Shown here: in pieces, positions 8,284 through 16,893 of the stretch | Layout: every line of letters starts with the position of its first letter | How positions within the stretch are numbered: position 1 is the stretch's first letter | Virus record (IMG/VR): IMGVR_UViG_3300017721_001026 | Span: 64,001-128,000 of that record | Reading direction: 5' to 3' (one strand) | DNA length: 64,000 nt | From: a virus | Taxonomy: Duplodnaviria; Caudoviricetes | Notes under the pieces: generated by a model | Told to the model about the DNA's origin: nothing | The model's database searches: none | Seen by the model: only the letters and a program-made list of their open reading frames with translations | Translations under genes and position numbers: made by a program

Positions 8284-8546
8284 CAGTAGGAAACAATTTT
8301 GTAGGTGTTGAGATCGTCCTGAACAACTCTGTCCTTTGGTGATAACATAGACCTTTCGAGTCGCAGTTGCCAACCCTCTTGAAGATCGTTTTCTGCGATA
8401 ACAGCAAACCCGAAACATCCTGGTGTTGGCATCATAAACAGACCATGCTTTTCTGCCTCTTGAGTGTTCTCGAAACCTCTCGCAGTGATCGTCCAATCTT
8501 TACCATCAGAACCCTTGCCATAGTAAGCACAGATGAAGTCTCGCAT
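8283..8546 (-). CDS. early hypothetical protein
   Basis: First ORF of a cassette, with AAAGGA RBS. Confidence 0.75.
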   Translation of the reverse strand: MRDFICAYYGKGSDGKDWTITARGFENTQEAEKHGLFMMPTPGCFGFAVIAENDLQEGWQLRLERSMLSPKDRVVQDDLNTYKIVSY

Positions 8547-8556
8547 GGGTTGAATT

Positions 8557-8629
8557 CCTTTGACTCTTTAATAATACACGAAAACCGACCCATATCAACC
8601 GATAGTGGACACTTCGACCAACTGTCCAC
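8557..8629 (-). promoter_or_regulatory. early promoter cassette
   Basis: GTGGACAGTT-GGTCG-AAGTGTCCAC (near-perfect palindrome) ... TGTATTATTAAAGAGTCAAAGGA. Confidence 0.8.
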
Positions 8630-8734
8630 CAGTCAGGGCAAGGGATCACAAGGTGATATAAACTGATTTTTCCATATTTTAATCTGAGATGGGCATCAGG
8701 TCATCACCGACAACAAAATTATGGAGAAATCAAT

Positions 8735-9061
8735 TTACTTATCCCACCAATGTCTAGTTTTGTCCGCAATCCACCCTAAAGCACAAATTGCTCCGATAGG
8801 TACAATAATCCACCAGAACTCCATCATCAACCATGTGGCAAATACTATGCAACCAAGTACAAACCAACCACCCATATCTCCTATGTCGGAGAGTGAAGAA
8901 CCTCCACCAGAACTAACCTCATGTAGATTACTAACACGTTCAGCACCGTAGATTCTTCTAAGTTGAGAATCTGCACCATGGAAGGTGTTAGCCTCGACCT
9001 CTAAAATTTGTTCTCCAGCAGAAGAACCCAACCAACAAGATGCTCTCCAAGTTGCCATCAA
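8735..9061 (-). CDS. membrane protein with two C-terminal hydrophobic helices
   Basis: WFVLGCIVFATWLMMEFWWIIVPIGAICALGWI. Confidence 0.7.
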   Translation of the reverse strand: MMATWRASCWLGSSAGEQILEVEANTFHGADSQLRRIYGAERVSNLHEVSSGGGSSLSDIGDMGGWFVLGCIVFATWLMMEFWWIIVPIGAICALGWIADKTRHWWDK

Positions 9062-9448
9062 TTAATCCTCCCAATGTTCATAGGACCATTTGTTATTTGT
9101 CACAGAGTAATAGACATCTTTGATGCCACATTCTCTGAGGTATGCTTCACAAATTGGACAAGGTTTTGCCATTCTAAGTTCATTTTGTTTGTGACCTCCT
9201 AAACGAGCAACAACAATTTTATCTCCATCTTCTTTAGATTTAACTAAAGCAGATAATTCTGCATGAAGATAGATTTTTTGTGGTCGTCCTACTTTTTGTG
9301 CCCAATGTGCTTGAAGTGGATGAGTTTTTTTCTCATTGTTAGTTGCACAAACAAGAACACGATTCTTTTTAAGTAGAATAGCACCAACCTTTTTCTTTGA
9401 AGGTGATGATTCTGCGACCTCAGTTGCAAGTTTAAAAAGATTTTCCAT
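9062..9448 (-). CDS. CMP/dCMP deaminase-family zinc protein
   Basis: KVGAIL, HAE and PCPIC motifs; start moved to the coupled ATG at 9448. Confidence 0.8.
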   Translation of the reverse strand: MENLFKLATEVAESSPSKKKVGAILLKKNRVLVCATNNEKKTHPLQAHWAQKVGRPQKIYLHAELSALVKSKEDGDKIVVARLGGHKQNELRMAKPCPICEAYLRECGIKDVYYSVTNNKWSYEHWED

Positions 9449-9747
9449 CAACAATCGTCCGACGAGATTTCTTCTTCTGTAGAGTTCCAAAAATCTTCCC
9501 AATCGTCCGCAGATGCATCTCTGACTGCATTCAATTTATCGAGTAGATTTGCACATTTTTTCTCATATCTTGCAAAGTATTCATGACTATCACGAACCTC
9601 TGCAATAATATCATCAAATAGTTCTTCCATTCCCGTTTCTTCGTCTGAAATGTAGTCAAAGATGGCAACATTTAGACGTTCACGACGTTGATCAGAGTAA
9701 GACATTTGATTGTAGTCCATAGGTGATTGGATAGTAGGATAACACAT
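9448..9747 (-). CDS. hypothetical protein
   Basis: ORF track; start uncertain. Confidence 0.6.
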   Translation of the reverse strand: MCYPTIQSPMDYNQMSYSDQRRERLNVAIFDYISDEETGMEELFDDIIAEVRDSHEYFARYEKKCANLLDKLNAVRDASADDWEDFWNSTEEEISSDDC

Positions 9748-9778
9748 TGTAATTTAGTACGAAAGTTCTTCGGAAGGA

Positions 9779-9964
9779 TTACTCAAAGCATGGGATTTTT
9801 GACTTTGCTTCTTCTTCATACTTTTCAGCATAAACACCAGCAATCCATTCAGATTCAAGTTGTGTTGGTTGATCACCGTATCCAATTTGTGGACCTAAAT
9901 CAGATTTACGACCAATCCAGACACGTTGACGAGTTTGAAGATTTGATGCTTGTGAGAGGATCAT
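9779..9964 (-). CDS. early hypothetical protein
   Basis: Start moved to the ATG after the cassette RBS. Confidence 0.7.
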   Translation of the reverse strand: MILSQASNLQTRQRVWIGRKSDLGPQIGYGDQPTQLESEWIAGVYAEKYEEEAKSKIPCFE

Positions 9965-9972
9965 GGTGTTTT

Positions 9973-10043
9973 CCTTTGACTCTTTAATAATACACGACTG
10001 AGAGGCATCTACAAGGGTCTGTGTGCCACTTGTTTCATCGTCC
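9973..10043 (-). promoter_or_regulatory. early promoter cassette (degenerate palindrome)
   Basis: GGACGAT-GAAAC-AAGTGGCAC ... TGTATTATTAAAGAGTCAAAGGA. Confidence 0.65.
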
Positions 10044-10934
10044 AGGTGTCTCCCACCGTTTTGGCATGTTAAAGTTGAACATCGAGAAAATTTCACGATC
10101 TACAAGTTTAATCACCATCCCAGAATCATCGGCAATAGTGAAACCCTCCTGCTTGATTTGCAGAGACCCAATGAAAGACTTGGGACAATTTGTGATCTTG
10201 AAACTATCCATCAGATCCTCTTTCATCTCAATGACAGTGAGATAAAGACTTGCAAGTTTAGGACAATCAAACACCAACGTCAGCAATTCATGTGTCAGTG
10301 CTTTTTGTTCTCGAATGAAAGCATTGATGATTTTCTTACAACAATCTGCTGTACGTTGATCTAGAAACTTAACCTCACTGACATCAATTCGTGGTGTTTC
10401 TGGTCCTCGCATCCAATCGACACAAGGTTGAACCCACTTAACCTTTTGATTGTCAATAAAATGTTCTTTAAGTGGAGATGCTACAGCATTGCGAAGATCA
10501 TCTTCTGCAAAGTATTCTGTATGAGGTGCAACAATGAACTTTTGTGTCACATACTCGGGAAATTCATAAGAGATAGTATTCTGAGTAAAGATACGTTCAG
10601 CACCCCAACCAAGGAAGTCACCTTGAAAGATTCTATCAGTGCGAGGGAGAAACTGATAAGCAAGATGAAGAATCTCTGCCATCTCACCATCATAAAAGAA
10701 TTCAATCTCTTCGGGAGAGTGTGCAATACGGATCTTTTTCTTGTTGAAAACTGCTTTGTTACCAACGAAGAATGTGCCAGTGGCAGGATCTTTGCCCCAA
10801 ACAATAGCAATACCATCCATCTTCACACTTGCATGTGTGAAATTGTAGAGTAGATCAATGGCAGATAGATCACCAGTCAGGATCTCATCTTCGGGATGCT
10901 CTTGGTGCTTGTTTTGCATGGTTGTGTTTTTCAT
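10035..10934 (-). CDS. RNA-ligase-like covalent nucleotidyltransferase (DUF6267-like)
   Basis: VKMDG (motif I), FQGDF, QEGF (IV) and IKLVDR (V); start at 10934 or 10919. Confidence 0.6.
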   Translation of the reverse strand: MKNTTMQNKHQEHPEDEILTGDLSAIDLLYNFTHASVKMDGIAIVWGKDPATGTFFVGNKAVFNKKKIRIAHSPEEIEFFYDGEMAEILHLAYQFLPRTDRIFQGDFLGWGAERIFTQNTISYEFPEYVTQKFIVAPHTEYFAEDDLRNAVASPLKEHFIDNQKVKWVQPCVDWMRGPETPRIDVSEVKFLDQRTADCCKKIINAFIREQKALTHELLTLVFDCPKLASLYLTVIEMKEDLMDSFKITNCPKSFIGSLQIKQEGFTIADDSGMVIKLVDREIFSMFNFNMPKRWETPGR

Positions 10935-10999
10935 ACTGTTAGTATGGCACGGAACGACAGGGAAATCAAGTGATAGTGGACACTTCAACCAACTGGCAC
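10935..10999 (-). promoter_or_regulatory. early promoter cassette
   Basis: GTGCCAGTT-GGTTG-AAGTGTCCAC, then TTGATT ... TGCCATACT. Confidence 0.8.
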
Positions 11000-11086
11000 A
11001 CTCAAAAACCACTCAGTAAAGAATAAGTTAATCGAGTTCCCCAATTCATCATGATGAAGAATGAACTTATGAATAAAAGTTTTTCC

Positions 11087-11638
11087 TTAGAAGTCAAGAT
11101 AACCCTCGATTGCTTTGTTGATAGCATCAGACAGATATGATGGTGGTTGAGTAACATCATACTCACCCAGATCACACTCATAATAGTCACCCAACTTCAG
11201 TTCAATCATGGCACCGTCAGCACCTTCCTGATAGAGTGATCTTGCCTTCTCATCTTCAACAATCACCACACGACGTGCTGTAAGATCCATCACCATCATG
11301 TAGTCAAATGTTTTTATTTGCTTGAAATCTTCTACAGTTTTAGTCTCACTCAGGAAAGATTTGACTTTGAACTTTTTTGTGGCATTGACATCTTTACGTT
11401 TATAGAATAAATTCTTACCCATCTTCAGTTCTACTTTCTTATCACCGAAGAGAAAATCATAACCAGTTTGATCAACACGTTCAAGATCTGAGAACTTTGC
11501 AATTCCTTTCTCTACAGCAGTTGCACGAGCAAAGTTATCAGCATTGGAGGTGAATCCTTTGTCACTGTAGAGAGAATCTACAATACCGAAGATCTTTCCC
11601 CAGTCAGTTTTTGTTTCGAGAGAGTCAATCAGGTGCAT
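11087..11638 (-). CDS. PD-(D/E)xK nuclease-like protein
   Basis: E...GYDF...VELK motif spacing; start moved to MHLIDS. Confidence 0.5.
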   Translation of the reverse strand: MHLIDSLETKTDWGKIFGIVDSLYSDKGFTSNADNFARATAVEKGIAKFSDLERVDQTGYDFLFGDKKVELKMGKNLFYKRKDVNATKKFKVKSFLSETKTVEDFKQIKTFDYMMVMDLTARRVVIVEDEKARSLYQEGADGAMIELKLGDYYECDLGEYDVTQPPSYLSDAINKAIEGYLDF

Positions 11639-11846
11639 TGTTTTGTTGAGAAAAAGTTTTTTCTGTGATAGAGTGCATGTCACTCAGAATCTGTAACTCT
11701 TTAAGATGCCATGAAGAAAGATTTGAGATAGCATGATTCATACAGTGCTGAAGAACCTCTGCCCCATCATCATACTCACATAATTCGCAGAATGTGTCTG
11801 CAAACCACGTTTCGTAATCTTTCTTGACCTTATCTGGAGTTTTCAT
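11625..11846 (-). CDS. hypothetical protein
   Basis: ORF track. Confidence 0.65.
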   Translation of the reverse strand: MKTPDKVKKDYETWFADTFCELCEYDDGAEVLQHCMNHAISNLSSWHLKELQILSDMHSITEKTFSQQNNAPD

Positions 11847-12242
11847 TTACGAACCCTGATAGTATGCATTACGATAGAGATAACCACCAGACCATTCACA
11901 GTTATCCAACACAAACTGACGTTCTTGCATGATCAAGAGATTGAAACGTACACCTTTTGCAGGTGCCTTGATTGATGCTGGTTTATACATCTCACCAGTC
12001 TTCTTATCAATGAAGGCATGAATTGAATCTTGCTTACCATTTTTAGTCATGAAGATCTTGTGATACTTACGACCCATGGAGTCAAGATAGAAACCTATGT
12101 TACTACCAGTTTTTGGTGCAGTTTGTGTTAGTGCATCACACAAAATAAGACAATACTTAGTAATGTTCAGTCGAATAGTGTTTTGTGCATCCTTCTGAGC
12201 ACAGAAATCAGAAAATTCTTTGTTCACTGGTGTGGTGGTCAT
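11847..12242 (-). CDS. early hypothetical protein (HAFIDKKTGEMYKPAS..APAKGVRFNL)
   Basis: First ORF of a cassette. Confidence 0.75.
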   Translation of the reverse strand: MTTTPVNKEFSDFCAQKDAQNTIRLNITKYCLILCDALTQTAPKTGSNIGFYLDSMGRKYHKIFMTKNGKQDSIHAFIDKKTGEMYKPASIKAPAKGVRFNLLIMQERQFVLDNCEWSGGYLYRNAYYQGS

Positions 12243-12264
12243 CTGGTTTCTTCAGAACAAATAT

Positions 12265-12322
12265 AATATAAGGTATTTCTGGGGCAAAGTCAAGACCTAG
12301 TGGACACCTTGCCAACTGTCCT
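12265..12322 (-). promoter_or_regulatory. early promoter cassette
   Basis: GGACAGTT-GGCA-AGGTGTCCAC, then TTGACT-17-TATATT. Confidence 0.75.
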
Positions 12323-12917
12323 ACTTTTTGTCTGACGTGCAACAAACAAATTTTGTGACAGCATATCTTTCATTCTCGATAACATCTGTAACACTGTGCT
12401 CAACCCATCCAGGAAATATAATTGTTCTATTATTTTTTGTTTCTATTTCTAGATCTTGCTTGGGAAAGTATAAATTTCCACCAGAATCCTCTTTATAGCA
12501 TAATGTGGTACTAATTAAAGCATGAACCCAATAGTCTGTATGTGGTTCATATCCATCACCAGGATAATATCTCCTAACTTTGGTATAATCTGTATCAGAT
12601 TTTTCATATGTCACCCAATATTGATTATTTTGTATCAAATCATCAAAAAATTTATCATCATTAAAGAAAATATCTCCAGTAATGTTTAGAATGTCGGAGA
12701 CAGATCTTTGACTATACAGTGCATCCAATGACATACCTTTTGCTGTTGTCATGTAGTTTCCATTTTCATCCTTTGCAGCATAATACTTTTCTGGATCATT
12801 CAATTTATCGAGAAGAAATTCAAGTTCTCTCCAAATCAGTTTTAGTTGTTCTGCATCGAAGGTATCTTCTATGATAATGTATGGAAATGGTTCGTTAAAA
12901 ATCTGGTAATTCATCAT
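12321..12917 (-). CDS. 2OG-Fe(II) oxygenase
   Basis: HTD ... GGNLYF ... IIFPGWVEHSV ... RYAV. Confidence 0.85.
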   Translation of the reverse strand: MMNYQIFNEPFPYIIIEDTFDAEQLKLIWRELEFLLDKLNDPEKYYAAKDENGNYMTTAKGMSLDALYSQRSVSDILNITGDIFFNDDKFFDDLIQNNQYWVTYEKSDTDYTKVRRYYPGDGYEPHTDYWVHALISTTLCYKEDSGGNLYFPKQDLEIETKNNRTIIFPGWVEHSVTDVIENERYAVTKFVCCTSDKK

Positions 12918-13110
12918 TCTGCTCCTCCAATAAGTCCTTCATAGTATCCATAAACTCATCTGCATGTCCTAAAGTATCTAAGGCATGGATCATTTCACCC
13001 AATGTCTTAACAATAAAAGGTTTCTCATTTCTTGCAGCAAATGCTAATGCTTCACGAAGATGTGTCTGAGCAGAGTCTAATTCGTCTTTAACTTGATCTG
13101 ATAGTGCCAT
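12895..13110 (-). CDS. hypothetical helical protein (HLREALAFAARNEKP)
   Basis: ORF track; coupled. Confidence 0.7.
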   Translation of the reverse strand: MALSDQVKDELDSAQTHLREALAFAARNEKPFIVKTLGEMIHALDTLGHADEFMDTMKDLLEEQNDELPDF

Positions 13111-13763
13111 TAGTTTTTTCTTCCTGTGTAGATTTTCTTTTCATTATCCCATTCAAAATGGTCAACCATTTCAACATCATCGTCACTTAAGTATAAACCC
13201 CATCCAGTTGCAATATATTTACTGCAAGAATATACGGGATTTCCACGATGAGTATGAGTGTAGAATGCTGGCCAAATTAACATCGTACCTGCCTTTGGTT
13301 GTACTCTGAGACCTTGCCAAAGAAACTCAGTTTCACCTTCACCTTCAGGAATGTCATTCAAATATAACATCCATGCAACACATCTGTCAACGACTCCTAG
13401 ATCATTTACCTCACAATGCCAATCATGAAATCCACCTCTAGGTGAAGTCTTTTGTATTTTTACCTCATCAAAATAGACATCAATATAATCAGAAACCCAA
13501 TACTTTTTACGGTATTGTTCCCAACAATGATCAACAACTTTTAGGACAAGATCTGCACAAGGATTGCCTGATTCCAAGTACCATTGTTCATCATGACGAG
13601 CAAGATAACCTCTCTCACTTTCATCTGAACCATATCCTGCTTTTATTTTACAATCAGAATCGTCGGGATGTTTATAGTTAGATTCAAAGTATTCAATAAC
13701 ATTGTCACATGTAGATTTATCTAATGAATTTAGATAAACACCAATAAAATCACTATCCTTCAT
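13110..13763 (-). CDS. 2OG-Fe(II) oxygenase
   Basis: WHCE ... MLYLND ... GETEF ... IWPAFYTHTHRGNP ... KYIATGW. Confidence 0.85.
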   Translation of the reverse strand: MKDSDFIGVYLNSLDKSTCDNVIEYFESNYKHPDDSDCKIKAGYGSDESERGYLARHDEQWYLESGNPCADLVLKVVDHCWEQYRKKYWVSDYIDVYFDEVKIQKTSPRGGFHDWHCEVNDLGVVDRCVAWMLYLNDIPEGEGETEFLWQGLRVQPKAGTMLIWPAFYTHTHRGNPVYSCSKYIATGWGLYLSDDDVEMVDHFEWDNEKKIYTGRKN

Positions 13764-15121
13764 ACAATCCAGGTTATGATAGAATATCTAGTTCCTTCAG
13801 TTACAGGTAAAATCTCATGTGGGTACATAAAATTAGATGGGAAAACTAATACATCACCAGCATTGAGTTTATACACTAATTCACGGTTGAATAGTGCAAC
13901 TTCACCACCTTCATAACCATCATTCATTGACATAATGACAGTCAATGCTCTAGGTTGGTCTTTAAATGAATCAGTATGCTGAATATAAAAGTCACCTTCT
14001 TCATACTTTAGTAGTTCATATCCACTATCTTCTTGAATCTCCAATTCAAATTCAGGATAACTTTCCTGATATTCTTCAATGATACCTTTTACAACATTAA
14101 AGAGATAATTATCAATTTCTCTCCTACCCTCTTGATTATTTTCCTCAATAACTGCTTGATCTGAAATTGGAATAAACTCACATCTTCTTGCATCTGGATC
14201 ATGCCCAGCACCAGTTAATGTACTCTCCCAATAGTTAGTTGGAGCATATTCTTCCAAAAGTTTATCGCAAAAATCTGGATCAATAAACTCTTCTTTGTGC
14301 CAGACAAAATGCTCCAAACTAAAACGACTTAATTCCTTTGTTTTAGTTTGTATTTCTGGTGTATTCTTAGGTTTAAGGAACTTTTCATATTTACTATTTG
14401 CTATAACAACGTCATCAAAATTGATATATTGTTCTGTTTCATCATCCTGTTCAATAATATCTAATGAGGATGACTGTTGATCTCTATATTTTTTAGGGAG
14501 AATTGTTTTTGTGGATACATGGTCAAATTTGTTTTTCATTTCATCATACTCCTTTTGTAGTGCTTCATGATCTTCAATGTCTTCTGTGATTAGTCTATCA
14601 AAATATGTGCAACCATACATTCCTCTACTTCTCACATAGTGTAAGAAGATTTGTGCATAATAGTCACCTTCAAATCTACCTCTCCAGTGTGGAGAAACAC
14701 AACCTAAGTATAACACAGCATCACCAGGATTCAAAGTGATGCATTTTTTTACACTTTCTGGTGTCTCAATCCAGATTGCCCAAGGTTTATCACCACCAAG
14801 ATGTACTGTCATTGATATTTCACAAGCAGGACGATCTGTGTGCCTCTTAAGAACACTGTCGTTGCGATATATTCTGGAGTAAGTATATGTTGGTAGAACA
14901 GTTTCACCGATAAGTTCACTAACTGTGCTAGTTTTATTGGTGAGTAATTCTATAGCAGGATGAAAGTTAAAGCATGATGAAGAGTTTGGTGCCTGTTCAT
15001 CACCTTCAAACTTAAATTGTGCGTCTGTTACGATAAACTCTGTTTCTAATCTTTTAGCATAATCTAAATCAATAAAACCAGGAACAACAATGTAGTTGTT
15101 TTTCAATAATTCAAGTTTCAT
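13760..15121 (-). CDS. tandem two-domain 2OG-Fe(II) oxygenase
   Basis: Domain 1: RHTDRPACEIS..HWR. Domain 2: QHTD..GGEV..FPSNFMYPHEI..RYS. Confidence 0.85.
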   Translation of the reverse strand: MKLELLKNNYIVVPGFIDLDYAKRLETEFIVTDAQFKFEGDEQAPNSSSCFNFHPAIELLTNKTSTVSELIGETVLPTYTYSRIYRNDSVLKRHTDRPACEISMTVHLGGDKPWAIWIETPESVKKCITLNPGDAVLYLGCVSPHWRGRFEGDYYAQIFLHYVRSRGMYGCTYFDRLITEDIEDHEALQKEYDEMKNKFDHVSTKTILPKKYRDQQSSSLDIIEQDDETEQYINFDDVVIANSKYEKFLKPKNTPEIQTKTKELSRFSLEHFVWHKEEFIDPDFCDKLLEEYAPTNYWESTLTGAGHDPDARRCEFIPISDQAVIEENNQEGRREIDNYLFNVVKGIIEEYQESYPEFELEIQEDSGYELLKYEEGDFYIQHTDSFKDQPRALTVIMSMNDGYEGGEVALFNRELVYKLNAGDVLVFPSNFMYPHEILPVTEGTRYSIITWIV

Positions 15122-15127
15122 ATGTCA

Positions 15128-16474
15128 TTACTTATCGTTTTTATCTAGAACTTCTTTTAATGCAGCAAACCATTTAACTGCCTTATCTAGAGGCATTCCA
15201 TTACCATCGTCTCTCTCATCATCTGTAAGAGTAGTGTATAGTTTTTCTGGATCAATTTCATCCATGAGTGACAAAATGTCATCAACACTATATTCTTGAC
15301 CACTCTCAATTTCTTGTCTCTCTATACTTTCTTTAGCAAGTTTAGATAGTTGACTTGGATCAGTGTTTTCTGCCTTATGTGATTCAAGAAGTTTTGCTCT
15401 TTGCACTTCTCTATACTCTTTCTCTGCCCTATCAAATTCTCTCTCTAATGCATCATCAAGTTCATCATATGTCTGTTCAATATCCATTTTCTTAAGAACT
15501 TCTTCATGAGATCTCATGATAATATCCATCTCATGATCAACTTCCTGTTGGAATTTTTTCTGTTCCAACTCATGATCAAGTTTCATTTTTTCTCTCTCAC
15601 GCACAACTTCTTCCATTGTAAATTGTGCATCACCCCATGCAGTTTCAAGTCCTTGCTTTTGAAGTTCAAGTTCCATTCTAGAAATTTCAATTTGTTCTAG
15701 TTCAAGTTCACGAACTTTATCATCATTTGCTCTCTTAAGTTCTTTTTCTTGCTCATCTTCAAGAATGTTCTTTTCGAGAAGTTCTGTTTCTCTTTCCATC
15801 TTATCACGTTCCATCTGAAGCAGTTCTTGATACTGCTTTCTTTCCTCAATAAATTCTTCCTTTTCTTTTTCAAAACTATGATAAAGTTCATCATACTTTT
15901 TAGAAAGTTCTAAAGACTTTTTCTGAAAGAATTCATCTGCTTTTTGTTGTTCAAGTGCTGCAACTTCTCTTTCTCTTGCTGCTTTTTCTCTCTCAAGTTC
16001 CATCAGAGTGGTTTGCCTATCATAGACACTTTTCTGTTCTTCTTTAGATTTTAGATCGTAAAGTTTTTCTTTCTCACTACGAAGTTCTTCATTTTGCTTT
16101 TGAAGATCATTAATGATGACAAGTTGTGCTTCTTTCTCAAGTTTATCAATGTTCAATTCTTCAATCTGCTTAGAAAGATTTTCCTCTTCTTCTAATGCCG
16201 CAGCAAGTTCTCTCTGCTCATAGATTGACAAGAATGTATTAAAATAGTCTAGATATGGTTGAACAATAGTATCAAATTCATCTTCACTAAAAATTTTATT
16301 TGGTACAGGATCTTCACCAATGACATCTTCATATTCTAATTCACCTCTGCCATCTCTCCACTGAATTGCATGGACAGTTTCATCATCAAAGTCCCAAGGT
16401 GCATTATCCTCAAGATCAACAGTCTTACCATCTACAATAATTTTTTTATCTTCTGGGATGATGGAAATTTTCAT
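15128..16474 (-). CDS. fibre-associated HAIQW-domain protein with a long acidic coiled coil (putative chaperone)
   Basis: ~85-aa N-terminal domain (IIPEDKKIIVDG..VHAIQW) plus ~300 aa of E/K/Q/L-rich helix; hand count 129 D+E vs 69 K+R. Confidence 0.55.
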   Translation of the reverse strand: MKISIIPEDKKIIVDGKTVDLEDNAPWDFDDETVHAIQWRDGRGELEYEDVIGEDPVPNKIFSEDEFDTIVQPYLDYFNTFLSIYEQRELAAALEEEENLSKQIEELNIDKLEKEAQLVIINDLQKQNEELRSEKEKLYDLKSKEEQKSVYDRQTTLMELEREKAAREREVAALEQQKADEFFQKKSLELSKKYDELYHSFEKEKEEFIEERKQYQELLQMERDKMERETELLEKNILEDEQEKELKRANDDKVRELELEQIEISRMELELQKQGLETAWGDAQFTMEEVVREREKMKLDHELEQKKFQQEVDHEMDIIMRSHEEVLKKMDIEQTYDELDDALEREFDRAEKEYREVQRAKLLESHKAENTDPSQLSKLAKESIERQEIESGQEYSVDDILSLMDEIDPEKLYTTLTDDERDDGNGMPLDKAVKWFAALKEVLDKNDK

Positions 16475-16857
16475 TGTTGTTCCTCGTCAGATTCGGGTAG
16501 TAAATTTTCTTCTTCATTATCTATACCTTCGATTTGTTCAATGTATTCAGAAACATTGACACCCTGTGCTTCACACATATCAAGATACATATTGCCAACG
16601 GCATCTAACATGTTCTGATTAGTTTCATGTGCCTTTGTCATTTCATTACGGAATGATTCAACAGCAGAACTTGTAGATCTTTGTTGTTGACTATTTTCAA
16701 TCATCAACATTGGCATCCATTGAACTGCACAAGACCAATGATCTACTGGATTTCCAGTGTTAGGATCTTGCCCAGTGATATGTGTATACCATGCACACTT
16801 ATGTTCGACACAATCTTTTTTAATAAGCGGACACCACTTGCCAGTTGATTTAGTCAT
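16471..16857 (-). CDS. Cys-rich fibre-associated protein
   Basis: CPLIKKDCVEHKCAWY...WSC, then ...AVESFRNEM helix. Confidence 0.65.
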   Translation of the reverse strand: MTKSTGKWCPLIKKDCVEHKCAWYTHITGQDPNTGNPVDHWSCAVQWMPMLMIENSQQQRSTSSAVESFRNEMTKAHETNQNMLDAVGNMYLDMCEAQGVNVSEYIEQIEGIDNEEENLLPESDEEQQ

Positions 16858-16876
16858 AAGATAAAATTCAGTGTAT

Positions 16877-16884
16877 TATTTATT
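16877..16884 (-). promoter_or_regulatory. T4-type late promoter
   Basis: AATAAATA within ATAAATAATACAC, a 13-mer identical to the one at 18731-18743. Confidence 0.6.
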
Positions 16885-16893
16885 ATAGCACGA

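Noticed and set aside
7140-10096. ORF-track entries containing SCIIKESKE (7140..7334, 8432..8629, N-terminal extension of 9779..10096)
   Set aside because: These are translations of the repeated promoter/leader DNA; real starts follow the AAAGGA RBS.
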